Origin: Candidatus Moranbacteria bacterium CG06_land_8_20_14_3_00_40_12
Lineage (GTDB): Bacteria; Patescibacteriota; Minisyncoccia; Moranbacterales; UBA2206
Assembly (NCBI GenBank): GCA_002780175.1
Contig: PEVT01000048.1
Span: 8,754 to 72,753, forward strand
Length of the DNA stretch: 64,000 nucleotides
Reading direction: 5' to 3'
Shown here piece by piece: positions 1 to 9,557 of this stretch (the stretch's first letter is position 1; every line of letters begins with the position of its first letter). Below the pieces are notes generated by a model that was not told the DNA's origin, did not search any database, and worked only from the letters and a program-made list of their open reading frames with translations. The position numbers were made by a program, and so were the translations under genes.

Positions 1-1
1 A

Positions 2-490
2 GAAAAATCAGCAGGTTCTTCAGCCCGGGAATGGATCGCTTGCATCGTTATTATAATTCTCTCGCTATTGGTTTATGTCGGCGCCGTGGCTTATGATCGT
101 TTTTTGATTAAAGACGTCGGCCGATTAAACAGGGAATATGAATCTCAATATAATTCTTTGTTAGAGAGCGGAAAAAATGTTTTTGATTTTCAAAATCGTT
201 TAGAAACAGCCAAACCTCTGGTCCTGGAAAAAAATTACGCCTTAGGAAGCCTGGATCAGATAGAAAAAATGATCATTCCGGGAATTTACGTGGAATCTTT
301 TACCTGGAGTTCGGAAAAAGGCATAGTTAATCTGGAATGCGTGTCCAGCGAATATCGTTTAGTGGCTAACCAGCTGGCTAGTTTTAAAAAATCCGATTAT
401 TTTTCGGAAGTAATTATCAATGAAACCAAAAGCCGGGAAGATGGAAAAATCAGCTTTTTTTTGAAGTTAGCGATAAAAAATAAAAAATAA
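2..490 (+). CDS. PilN-like type IV pilus alignment protein (5'-truncated by window edge)
   Basis: Frame is open from position 2 with a TM segment (WIACIVIIILSLLVYVG); C-terminal fold-like motif LKKSDYFSEV; first gene before PilO/PilB. Confidence 0.65.
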   Translation, partial: EKSAGSSAREWIACIVIIILSLLVYVGAVAYDRFLIKDVGRLNREYESQYNSLLESGKNVFDFQNRLETAKPLVLEKNYALGSLDQIEKMIIPGIYVESFTWSSEKGIVNLECVSSEYRLVANQLASFKKSDYFSEVIINETKSREDGKISFFLKLAIKNKK

Positions 491-523
491 ATATCAATCC
501 CGAGCACTCGGGATAAAAATAAA

Positions 524-1288
524 ATGAAAAAAAATCTTGTCATAAGTTTTGCCACTCTTTTAACAGTTATTGTTCTGGGGATATCAATTATCAAGCCGGA
601 ATTTTCTCAAATACTTGAAAACAGAAAAAACCTGAAAGATATCAAAGAAAAATTAGCCGTCTTGAATCAAAAATCCCAAAAAATCGAACAATTGAACCAG
701 GAGTTGTCTCAAAATCCTAAAAATCAGGAAACAGTCTTGAAATATATTCCGATAACCAGAAGCGAGGACTTTCTTATAAATTATCTGGATGGAATCTCTT
801 ATTCCGAAGGAGTCGGCTTGAAGGATATCGTCCTGGGAGAAAAAAATGCGAATAATTCTCTTTCCCGGGCGGTTCCGGCAAATAACCAGGCTTATCCAGG
901 AGGCGACTTGTCCTTGCAAACAAGCCCGCAACCGGTTTTTTTTACAGTTAAATTCAATTTTTCTTCCAATTATGAAAAAATTATCACTTTCCTGGAGAAA
1001 ATTGACAGCTTGAAAAGATTTAACGGAACAACTTATTTGAAAATAACTAAAAATTATCCCGAAGACAAAAAGGAAGACGCGACCCTGGATTCTCTCCAAG
1101 TGGATTTGGGATTGGATTTCAATTACTTAAAAAAGATTGCCTCTCAATCGGAAGTGGGAGAAGACATTTTTAAGAAAGAAGGCTTCGACAGCGAAGTTTT
1201 AAAAAATATAGAAAAAAGGGCGGTTAATGATATTTCCGGTCCGGAAAATAAATCAGACGGAAGGAGTAGTAATCCCTTTATTCCTTAG
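524..1288 (+). CDS. pilO: PilO-like type IV pilus assembly protein
   Basis: N-terminal TM, coiled coil, SSNYEKIITFLEKIDSLKR motif, terminal GRSSNPF; pil context. Confidence 0.7.
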   Translation: MKKNLVISFATLLTVIVLGISIIKPEFSQILENRKNLKDIKEKLAVLNQKSQKIEQLNQELSQNPKNQETVLKYIPITRSEDFLINYLDGISYSEGVGLKDIVLGEKNANNSLSRAVPANNQAYPGGDLSLQTSPQPVFFTVKFNFSSNYEKIITFLEKIDSLKRFNGTTYLKITKNYPEDKKEDATLDSLQVDLGLDFNYLKKIASQSEVGEDIFKKEGFDSEVLKNIEKRAVNDISGPENKSDGRSSNPFIP

Positions 1289-1319
1289 ATGAATCAGAGA
1301 AGGTAATTTTGAAAATTAA

Positions 1320-3035
1320 GTGATGATTAAAAAAGAAGAAGAAAAATCCGATTTAAAAAATGGGGAAAATGATTTAACCGACAAACTCGGTTTACCCGCG
1401 ACAAAAAAACTTGAAGAACTTCCTGAAAGAATTGATAATTCGGTGGTTAGTTTAATTCCCGAAGAAGTTGCCAGAAAACATGGCTTGTTGTTTTTTAACA
1501 AAAAAGAAAATACGATCCAGGTGGCTATGCTCAATCCTTACGATACGGATGCTCTTAATGTAATAAGATTCGTGGCCGAAAAAGAAGACATCGAAGCGGA
1601 AATTTACGAAGTCGGTCAGAAAATCTTTACGCAAATGCTGAACGCCTATAATACTCCCAGTGAAATGGTTAAAAAGGCCGTGGTATCCTTTCAAAGCGAT
1701 AATTTGTTTGAAGAAGGCGACTCTAAAAAAGAAGAAAAGAAAGTTTCCAAAGAAGAGATATTGAGAGACGCTCCGGTGGCTAAATTGGTCCAAGTGATTA
1801 TCAGCCATGCCATTGAAGGCCACGCCAGCGATATTCATATCGAACCGACAGAAAAAGATTATCGGGTCAGATATCGGGTGGATGGAGTTTTGCACATCAG
1901 CCTGGTTCTTCCCAAAGAAATCGGCCCGGTGGTGATTTCCCGGATAAAAATAATGGCTAACCTCAAAATTGATGAGCGCCGGAAGCCCCAGGACGGCCGT
2001 TTCAATTTAAAGATTGATGAAAATAAAACCAAGGCGGAAAACAAGAACATTCCCGAGAACAAAGATATCGATTTTCGAGTTTCCACTTTGCCGGTTCTTT
2101 TGGGTGAAAAGATAGTAATGAGAATTTTGGAAAAAGACGAAGACTTGATTAATATGAATTCCCTGGGACTAATGGGCTCTTCGCTGAAAAATCTTTTAAC
2201 GGCTATTCAAGAAACTTATGGGATTATTTTGATAACCGGGCCGACGGGATCGGGGAAATCCACTACTCTCTACGCGGCGCTCAAAATACTCAATAAGGAG
2301 GAAAAAAACATTGTTACATTGGAGGATCCGATTGAATATAATATCGGAGGATTGAATCAGAGCCAGATTAATCCGGAAATCGGCTACACTTTTGCCAACG
2401 GACTGCGGACAATTTTACGCCAAGATCCGAATATTATAATGGTGGGAGAAATTCGCGATTCAGAAACGGCTTCTCTTTCCATTCACGCGGCGCTCACGGG
2501 CCATTTGGTTCTTTCCACCTTGCATACCAATACGGCTCTGGGAGCTATCACCAGAATGATTGATATGGGAGTGGAAACATTTTTACTGGCTTCTTCCTTG
2601 CGGATGGTTATCGCTCAAAGATTGGTCAGAAGAATTTGTGAAAATTGCAAAGAAGAAATTCAGGTTTCCGATCTGATAAAATCCAAGATAATGGAAGAAA
2701 TAAAAGATATACCGCCGGAAGAAATAAAAAAATACGAAATTGAGCCGGGTTCGGAGTTGCGTTTCTTTAAAGGAAAGGGCTGCAACAAGTGCAACGGATT
2801 AGGGCTGAAAGGCAGAATTGCTGTTTACGAAGTAATTCCTATCACGAATCCCATGAAAGATATAATTTTTGATAAAATGGGCAATGAATCGCTGTTAATC
2901 CAGGAAAGAAACAAAGAACGGTTTGTAACCATGAAACAGGATGGAATATTAAAAATTTTAAAAGGAAAAACTACGATTGAAGAAGTGGAAAGAGTAACCG
3001 AAGGGAGCATCAGGTTATTAATTGATGAAGAATAA
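1320..3035 (+). CDS. pilB: Type IV pilus extension ATPase (GspE/PilB)
   Basis: ASDIHIEP, Walker A GPTGSGKST, TLEDPIEY, LRQDPNIIMVGEIRD, CENC/CNKC Zn motif. Confidence 0.95.
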   Translation: MMIKKEEEKSDLKNGENDLTDKLGLPATKKLEELPERIDNSVVSLIPEEVARKHGLLFFNKKENTIQVAMLNPYDTDALNVIRFVAEKEDIEAEIYEVGQKIFTQMLNAYNTPSEMVKKAVVSFQSDNLFEEGDSKKEEKKVSKEEILRDAPVAKLVQVIISHAIEGHASDIHIEPTEKDYRVRYRVDGVLHISLVLPKEIGPVVISRIKIMANLKIDERRKPQDGRFNLKIDENKTKAENKNIPENKDIDFRVSTLPVLLGEKIVMRILEKDEDLINMNSLGLMGSSLKNLLTAIQETYGIILITGPTGSGKSTTLYAALKILNKEEKNIVTLEDPIEYNIGGLNQSQINPEIGYTFANGLRTILRQDPNIIMVGEIRDSETASLSIHAALTGHLVLSTLHTNTALGAITRMIDMGVETFLLASSLRMVIAQRLVRRICENCKEEIQVSDLIKSKIMEEIKDIPPEEIKKYEIEPGSELRFFKGKGCNKCNGLGLKGRIAVYEVIPITNPMKDIIFDKMGNESLLIQERNKERFVTMKQDGILKILKGKTTIEEVERVTEGSIRLLIDEE

Positions 3036-3057
3036 TATTTTTTAACAGAATAAAAAT

Positions 3058-3450
3058 ATGGAAAATATTGAAAATGAAAAAAAACCCAAAATCATGGTGG
3101 TGGAAGACGATTCTTTCGTCATGGATATTTATCAGACTAAATTGAGCCAGGAGGGCTATGAAGTGATTCAAGCGGAAAATGGCGTGGAGGCTTTTAAAAA
3201 ATTGGAAACAAAAATTCCGGATCTGATTCTGCTGGATATCATTATGCCTTATATGGACGGTTTGCAAATGCTTAAAAAAATCAAATTGGAAGAAAAATTG
3301 AAAAATATTCCGGTGATTCTTTTGACGAATTTGAGCCAGAAGGAAAATATTGACGAAGGCTTGGGCTTGGGGGCGGAAGGCTATCTCATCAAATCCCATT
3401 TTACTCCGTCAGAAGTTCTGGAAAAAATAAAAAAATACATAAAAAAATAA
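3058..3450 (+). CDS. Single-domain response regulator (CheY-like)
   Basis: VVEDD, LILLDIIMPYMDG, PVILLTN, conserved K. Confidence 0.92.
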   Translation: MENIENEKKPKIMVVEDDSFVMDIYQTKLSQEGYEVIQAENGVEAFKKLETKIPDLILLDIIMPYMDGLQMLKKIKLEEKLKNIPVILLTNLSQKENIDEGLGLGAEGYLIKSHFTPSEVLEKIKKYIKK

Positions 3451-4530
3451 ATGAGTATCGTGCACACGGAACAAAGGATGAAAAATTTTTTAAGACTGGT
3501 GGCCCAGCAGGGAGCTTCCGATTTGCATTTAACAGTCGGAAGATATCCGACTTTCAGAATTGACGGCAATCTTAATCCTTTTAAAGAAGACAGCCTGCTG
3601 ACTCCTTCGGATACCCGAAGCATGGGAGAATTTATTTTAAACGCGGAAAATAAAGAGAAGCTGATTAAAGACGGCCAAGTGGATTTTTCTTATAACTTCG
3701 AAGATAAAGCCAGATTCAGAGTTAACGCTTTTTTTCAACAAGGTTATTTAAGCATCGCGATGCGGCTGGTTCCCCGGGAAATCAGAACATTGCAACAGCT
3801 GAAAATGCCGGAAATTCTGTATGAGTTTACTAAATTTTCCCAAGGACTTTTCTTGTGTGTCGGACCTATTGGCCAGGGGAAATCGACGACTTTGGCAGCG
3901 ATGGTCAATGAGATCAACCAAACTCAAGAGAAACATGTTATTACGATTGAAGATCCGATCGAATATATTTATGAACAACAAAAATGCATCATTAGCCAAA
4001 GAGAAGTCAATCAGGATACGCGATCTTTTGAAGCGGCTCTTCGTTCGGTTTTTCGCGAAGATGCCAATGTGATTTTAATCGGAGAAATGAGAGATTTGGA
4101 AACCATCAGAACCGCTCTGACCGCGGCGGAAACCGGACATTTGATTTTTGCCACTTTGCACACCAACGATTCCGCGCAAACAATAGACAGAATTATTGAT
4201 GTTTTTCCTCCGGATCAGCAAAACCAGATTCGCTCCCAACTCTCCAGCTCTCTTTTGGGAGTGGTTTCGCAGCGCCTGATGCCAATGACCAAGGGCGGAA
4301 GAATTCCGGCGGTGGAAATTTTGATAAAAAATAACGCGGTGGAAAATCTCATTCGCTCCAGGAAAGTTTATCAGATAAATAATGTTATCGAAACCAGCAT
4401 GGATCAGGGAATGATAACTTTGGATCGTTCGCTGGCCAACTTGGTTCGCGAAGGATTGATTTCCCAGGATGATGCCTTGAAGTATGTTCGGGATGAAAAA
4501 AACTTTAAAATGCTTCTGGGCAAGTTTTAA
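3451..4530 (+). CDS. pilT: Type IV pilus retraction ATPase
   Basis: ASDLHL, GPIGQGKST, TIEDPIEY, GEMRD, AAETGHL, TLHT. Confidence 0.95.
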   Translation: MSIVHTEQRMKNFLRLVAQQGASDLHLTVGRYPTFRIDGNLNPFKEDSLLTPSDTRSMGEFILNAENKEKLIKDGQVDFSYNFEDKARFRVNAFFQQGYLSIAMRLVPREIRTLQQLKMPEILYEFTKFSQGLFLCVGPIGQGKSTTLAAMVNEINQTQEKHVITIEDPIEYIYEQQKCIISQREVNQDTRSFEAALRSVFREDANVILIGEMRDLETIRTALTAAETGHLIFATLHTNDSAQTIDRIIDVFPPDQQNQIRSQLSSSLLGVVSQRLMPMTKGGRIPAVEILIKNNAVENLIRSRKVYQINNVIETSMDQGMITLDRSLANLVREGLISQDDALKYVRDEKNFKMLLGKF

Positions 4531-4637
4531 TCCCGCCAAGACGGGACGAGCTGAATTTGAGTAAGATTTCAACCGTTTGCCATAAATAAAGTTCCAGGTT
4601 TTTTGCGAAGTTAATATTTTTTATAAAATCTAGAATT

Positions 4638-5849
4638 ATGAAATTCTTTTTTCGAGCTAAAAACAAAGAGGGAGAAATTAAAGAAGGAGTGGTGGAGGCT
4701 TCCAATCAGGAGCTGGCGCTGAATTTAATTCAAAAAAACGAATTATTTCCTATTTCCGTGAAAAAGAAGGAAAAGAAAGGCTTATTAAGCGATCAGCTGG
4801 TGAGGTATTTCAGTCAAGTGAGCGCCAAAGAGCTGATGGTTTTTTTCCGCCAGCTGGCAATTTTGATTGAAGCGCGAGTGCCGATTATCTATTCCCTGGG
4901 AGCAATCAAGGACCAAACGGAAAATTCCTTTTTTAAAGCGACGATAGAAGAAGTTATCAATGACATCCAGGACGGATTGTCTTTTTCCGACGCCCTCAAG
5001 AAAAAACCGGAAGTTTTTTCCAATCTTTCCGTCAATATCATCAATTCGGGAGAAAATTCCGGCAACTTAAAGAAATCGGTGGAATACGTAGCCGATAATT
5101 TGGAAAGAAATTACAATCTTTCCCGAAAAATATCCTCGGCTTTTGTTTATCCGGCGGTCGTATTGGCAGTTTTTCTTATTATCGGTTTTGTTTTTGTAAC
5201 TTTCATTATTCCCAGATTAACCGAGGTCATCAAAGACATGGGAGTGGATTTTCCCTGGTATACGAAAATAATTATCAACTTTAGCGATTTTATGAAAGCT
5301 TACTGGTGGATAGTTTTACTGGGAATAATCGGTTCAATTCTGGGACTGTTATCCTATGTCGGATCGGAAAAAGGAAGAAGAGCCTTGGATAAATTGAAAA
5401 TTCAGCTGCCGGTTTTTGGTTCCATTTTTCGAAATCTTTACATTGCGCGCTTTACGGAAAATTTGGCTATCTTGCTGACGAGCGGAATTCCCATCATTCG
5501 AGCGGTGACTCTTTCCAGCTCTGTAATCAATAATTCGATTTACGAAAAACTCTTTTTAAAAACCGCCTATGAACTGAAAATCGGCGGAAACATCAACAGC
5601 GTTTTTAGAAAATCGGAATATATTCCCTCCATTGTTTCCCAAATGATCAGGGTAGGGGAAGAAAGCGGACAGCTGGATATGGTTCTGCGTTATATCGTTT
5701 CTTTTTACGAACAAGAAACGGAAACCGCCACTAAAAACCTCTCCACTTTGCTCGAGCCTTTTATTATGGTGATTATCGGGATAGCGGTGGGATTTCTGGT
5801 GTTTTCCATTTTAATGCCGATTTATAACATAGCCAGCCAGATCTCTTAG
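4638..5849 (+). CDS. pilC: Type IV pilus platform protein (GspF/PilC)
   Basis: FFRQLAILIEA, GENSGNL, YPAVVL, GEESGQLD, LLEP. Confidence 0.95.
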   Translation: MKFFFRAKNKEGEIKEGVVEASNQELALNLIQKNELFPISVKKKEKKGLLSDQLVRYFSQVSAKELMVFFRQLAILIEARVPIIYSLGAIKDQTENSFFKATIEEVINDIQDGLSFSDALKKKPEVFSNLSVNIINSGENSGNLKKSVEYVADNLERNYNLSRKISSAFVYPAVVLAVFLIIGFVFVTFIIPRLTEVIKDMGVDFPWYTKIIINFSDFMKAYWWIVLLGIIGSILGLLSYVGSEKGRRALDKLKIQLPVFGSIFRNLYIARFTENLAILLTSGIPIIRAVTLSSSVINNSIYEKLFLKTAYELKIGGNINSVFRKSEYIPSIVSQMIRVGEESGQLDMVLRYIVSFYEQETETATKNLSTLLEPFIMVIIGIAVGFLVFSILMPIYNIASQIS

Positions 5850-5937
5850 TTTTTTCAGGTTGAACAAAAATATAACAAAAAAATTATCCGGTTAAGTTTT
5901 TAAAAATTAAAATAAAAACTAGAAGGCGAGGTGAAAT

Positions 5938-6351
5938 ATGGCTAAAAAGAAAAAAACAAAAAAGAAAAAAGGTTTTACCCTGATTGAGCTTTTGATTGTT
6001 ATCGCGATTATCGGAATTTTGGCGTCAATCGTGTTGGTAAGCCTGAATAGCGCCAGAACTAAAGCAAGGGAAGCTGCTTTTAAAGCATCGGTTTCCAGCA
6101 TAACTCCGGGAGCTATTTTATGTTGCGATCAAACAGGAGGTTCTCTCTTGGCAGTTGCGGGCGCGGAAATGTGCAACCCCGCTATAACTTCAAGTTATCC
6201 GCCAGCTACTAAAGTAGCGAATCCCACCATTACCAGCAATTGCAACAACGGGGATTTCACTATAACCCTGGCGCCAGGAACTGAAGGAGCTGGAAATTGC
6301 ACCCAAGCAATTATTAATCAATCAGGAGTAGTTTCCTTTACCGGATGCTAA
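5938..6351 (+). CDS. Type IV pilin (probable major pilin)
   Basis: KKG|[17 protein letters not shown] class III signal; GAGGTG RBS; followed by a hairpin terminator. Confidence 0.9.
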   Translation: MAKKKKTKKKKGFTLIELLIVIAIIGILASIVLVSLNSARTKAREAAFKASVSSITPGAILCCDQTGGSLLAVAGAEMCNPAITSSYPPATKVANPTITSNCNNGDFTITLAPGTEGAGNCTQAIINQSGVVSFTGC

Positions 6352-6368
6352 TGATTTAAAAATTATCA

Positions 6369-6405
6369 AGCTTGCCAATTATTTATTCAAGCGAATTGGC
6401 AAGCT
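6369..6405 (+). terminator. Hairpin after pilin gene
   Basis: AGCTTGCCAATT...AATTGGCAAGCT inverted repeat. Confidence 0.55.
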
Positions 6406-6462
6406 CCGCGCCAACTTTAATAAATTTAGAATAACGGAGAAAAATTAGAGTTAGAGCGGAGC
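6403..6462. repeat. Short inverted-repeat element (CCGCxCxAACTTT family)
   Basis: GCTCCGCGCCAACTTTAAT pairs with ATTAGAGTTAGAGCGGAGC; ends resemble 51226-51357. Confidence 0.5.
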
Positions 6463-6519
6463 GGCTAAAAATGTAAAAAATTTTGAAAAATAAAAAATTC
6501 ACGATTCATATTCTATTGT

Positions 6520-6918
6520 ATGTTTAAAACAAAAAAAAATAAACGAGCTTTTACTTTGATAGAAGTGATGATAGTGGTTTTAATTGTTGCTGTTTTAGTA
6601 AGCGTAATTTTAGCGAATATCAACCAGTCGCGTAAAAAAGCCCGTGTTAATGGAGCGAAAACTTCATTAAAATTGGTTTTGCCGGCGATAATGGCTTGCA
6701 AAGACGGCGGCGGAAACGTAAGTCTTCCTCCGACGGCGGACGCGGATATTTGCGCGACAGCCGTTGGTTTAACGGGAGCGACATGGCCGACGCTTCCGGA
6801 TGGTTACGCGTATGTTCCGGGATTGGGCTATAATTCAGTCAACTGCAGTTTTACGGTTTTTACTAATGGCGATTCAGCTGATTTAACTTGCGGTTGTGAA
6901 GCGCAGATTTGCCAATAA
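6520..6918 (+). CDS. Type IV pilin
   Basis: RA|FTLIEVMIVVLIVAVL prepilin motif, Cys-rich head. Confidence 0.9.
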   Translation: MFKTKKNKRAFTLIEVMIVVLIVAVLVSVILANINQSRKKARVNGAKTSLKLVLPAIMACKDGGGNVSLPPTADADICATAVGLTGATWPTLPDGYAYVPGLGYNSVNCSFTVFTNGDSADLTCGCEAQICQ

Positions 6919-6946
6919 GTCGCAAGTTATAAGTTAAATTGAAAAT

Positions 6947-7732
6947 ATGATAATAATTTTTTTAATTTTCGGGCTTATTATCGGCAGTTTTTTGAATGTG
7001 GTGATTTACCGGCTGAATCTGGCGGAAAGCCTTTTGGGGCGATCGCATTGTCCACATTGCAAAAATAAAATCAGTTGGTATGACAATATCCCATTGTTAA
7101 GTTTTATCCTGCTTTTTGCCAAGTGCCGCTATTGCCAAAAAAACATTTCCTGGCAATATCCCTTGATGGAATTGGCGACCGGGATTATTTTTGCCGAAAC
7201 CGCCTATGTTTTTTTATTAAACGGCCGCCTGGAAAATTGGCTGGAAACTATTTTCTATTTGGGGCTTTTTTCCGCGTTGCTGGTTATTTTTGTTTTTGAC
7301 TTAAAACATTTGGAAATTCCCATGCCGGTGCTCTGGCTGGCCCTAATCTGGACTTTATTTTTTTTGCTGGTTTTAGACGGGATAACCTTTATCCCCGGAC
7401 AAACCATTTTTTCTTCGAGAATTTTTTCCGGAAATTTAGGAGGATTGCTGGCTTTTATTTTTTTCTTCGCGCTCTCTTTCGGTTCCAAAGAAAAATGGAT
7501 GGGAATGGGAGACGCTTATCTGGCGCTTCTTATCGGATTGAGTTTAGGCTGGACCAAAATTTTTTTCGCCTTATTGCTGGCCTTTTTTCTGGGATCGCTG
7601 GTGGGAATCGGACTGGTGATATTCCGGAAAAAAACTTTGAAAAGCCAGATTCCTTTCGGACCGTTTTTAGTTTCCGGAGCGATAATGACAGTTTTGTTTT
7701 TTGATCTGTTTCCAATTTTCCAGAGCTGGTAA
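6947..7732 (+). CDS. pilD: Prepilin peptidase
   Basis: GSFLNVVIYR, CPHC...CRYC, GMGD, IPFGPFL. Confidence 0.95.
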   Translation: MIIIFLIFGLIIGSFLNVVIYRLNLAESLLGRSHCPHCKNKISWYDNIPLLSFILLFAKCRYCQKNISWQYPLMELATGIIFAETAYVFLLNGRLENWLETIFYLGLFSALLVIFVFDLKHLEIPMPVLWLALIWTLFFLLVLDGITFIPGQTIFSSRIFSGNLGGLLAFIFFFALSFGSKEKWMGMGDAYLALLIGLSLGWTKIFFALLLAFFLGSLVGIGLVIFRKKTLKSQIPFGPFLVSGAIMTVLFFDLFPIFQSW

Positions 7733-7746
7733 TTTTAAAATATTTT

Positions 7747-7794
7747 GTCATTCTGAAACCCGCCTGCCGGCGAGGCAAGCAAGTTCGGGATGGC
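7747..7794. repeat. GTCAT-family palindromic element carrying a degenerate 20-mer palindrome
   Basis: GTCATTCTGAA...TTCGGGATGGC with internal CCCGCCTGCCGGCGAGGCAAG. Confidence 0.55.
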
Positions 7795-7821
7795 ATGATC
7801 GAAGATGAGTTTATTAAGTTT

Positions 7822-8274
7822 ATGAAAATAATTAAACAAAAAGGATTTTCTCTTTTGGAATTGATAATTGTTATTGCCATCGTAGGTATTATGACGGCGA
7901 TAACGCTGGTTTCAATGAATACTCTGCGGGAAAAAAAGGCGGTGGAAGAAGCCGCCAGAGAAGTAGCGGCGGCGATTCGAGAAACGCAAAATTACGCCCT
8001 GACCGGAAAAGATATTACAGCCGACTCCTCCGCTTGCGCTTATGTTTTTGGCTGGGCGGGAACCGGCTATAATATGAGTGGTTGCGATTCTCAAGTTTAT
8101 TCATTGAAAAACGACACGACCTTTGTTAATAACGGAAGTTTTTCTTTTTCTGTTCCTTTCGCCACTCTTAACCCGTCAGCCGATATAGACATTGTTTTAT
8201 TGAAAGGCGGCAGTTTTTATCATGTGTGCGTTTATATTTCAGGCTTGGTAAAAGAAAGTTTGAGCGGATGTTAA
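7822..8274 (+). CDS. Minor pilin (FimT/GspH-like)
   Basis: KG|FSLLELIIVIAIVGI; the ATG at 7822 gives a normal short leader. Confidence 0.88.
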   Translation: MKIIKQKGFSLLELIIVIAIVGIMTAITLVSMNTLREKKAVEEAAREVAAAIRETQNYALTGKDITADSSACAYVFGWAGTGYNMSGCDSQVYSLKNDTTFVNNGSFSFSVPFATLNPSADIDIVLLKGGSFYHVCVYISGLVKESLSGC

Positions 8275-8297
8275 TCGCGTAATTTTATTAAACAAGT

Positions 8298-8813
8298 ATG
8301 CGGGAAAATTTTAAAAAAAATGAAAAAAAGGGCTATTCTTTGCTGGAAGTAATGCTGGTTATTTTTATTCTAGGAACCGCTTTGGTGGTTTTTGTTCAAG
8401 TGATAAGTAAAAGCATCATTCATTCTATGGACAGCCGGGATACGATAATCGCTTCCGAACTGGCTCAAGAAGGAGTGGAGTTGACAATAAATATCCGGGA
8501 TAATAACTGGGCGCAGAAGCTTGAAGATTTCTCGGGAATAGATAACGGATCTCACGCCATAAATTATAACGGCGGCGCTTTAATTTCTTTGGGAACGGGA
8601 AAACTTAGATGGAGCGGCAGCTATTACAATACTTCTTCAGGAAGTGAAACGAAATTCTCCCGGAAGATAATCGTGGATGGCGATGCCGATGTAAAAAAAA
8701 TAACCAGCCTGGTGGTTTGGGAAAGAAACGATTTTCCTCCCGACACGACCTCTTGCCACGCGGCCAATAAATGCGCTTACGCGGAAGTAAATTTGACTAA
8801 ATGGGGAAACTAA
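8298..8813 (+). CDS. Minor pilin (PilV-like)
   Basis: KG|YSLLEVMLVIFILG; ASELAQEGVE motif. Confidence 0.85.
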   Translation: MRENFKKNEKKGYSLLEVMLVIFILGTALVVFVQVISKSIIHSMDSRDTIIASELAQEGVELTINIRDNNWAQKLEDFSGIDNGSHAINYNGGALISLGTGKLRWSGSYYNTSSGSETKFSRKIIVDGDADVKKITSLVVWERNDFPPDTTSCHAANKCAYAEVNLTKWGN

Positions 8814-8817
8814 AAAC

Positions 8818-9543
8818 ATGAATTTAGAGAAAAATAAAAAAGCCATGCCTGTCGGCAGGCAGGGATTTGCTCCCGCGCCGGAATGTTCCGTATATCGGCC
8901 CTCTCTCCTTAATTCGGCGCAGCGGGTCGGCAAGGCGGCTGAATATGAAAACGGATGGTTAAAAGCCCGAAAGACAAGCGCTTTGGCAAAAGGATTCACA
9001 CTCATAGAAATGATGATTGCGATTTTCATATTTTCTCTAATGATGATCGCGGTGACGGAGATATTTTCCAGTTCCTTTGGCGGATATGGCAACGCCCGCA
9101 ATATCCAAAAAGATTTGGAAGACGCCCAATTTGTGATGGGTCAGATAGCTAAAACTTTGCGAACCAGCAGCATCGTGAATATTGGTGGAAGTTCTGAAAT
9201 AACAGTCTATGATTATTCTCAAAATAAATGCGTTGCTTATCAATTTGTATCCGGAGAAATCAGGACTGACACTACGGCTGATGATTCCGTGCCGTCCACC
9301 AGCGATCCCGTTGACTGGTGTTTTGCGAATTTCTCTCCGGATTTTTCCGCTTATAATAAGATGGCGGCTTTTTTCGTGGATGGCCGGTTTAATTCAATCA
9401 AATCGGACAACACTCCCGGAAGTGAAATATTGGGCAAGGTCACCATTTCAATGAAAATATGTTCCAACTCCAGTTGCTCCAAAGACGAAGCCGTGATTCA
9501 AACGTCAGTTTCTTTAAGAGATTATACCAAGGCGGGAATTTAA
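8818..9543 (+). CDS. Minor pilin (PilW/GspJ-like) with extended leader
   Basis: KG|FTLIEMMIAIFIF about 58 residues from the ATG. Confidence 0.85.
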   Translation: MNLEKNKKAMPVGRQGFAPAPECSVYRPSLLNSAQRVGKAAEYENGWLKARKTSALAKGFTLIEMMIAIFIFSLMMIAVTEIFSSSFGGYGNARNIQKDLEDAQFVMGQIAKTLRTSSIVNIGGSSEITVYDYSQNKCVAYQFVSGEIRTDTTADDSVPSTSDPVDWCFANFSPDFSAYNKMAAFFVDGRFNSIKSDNTPGSEILGKVTISMKICSNSSCSKDEAVIQTSVSLRDYTKAGI

Positions 9544-9557
9544 ATTAGATAATTAAT

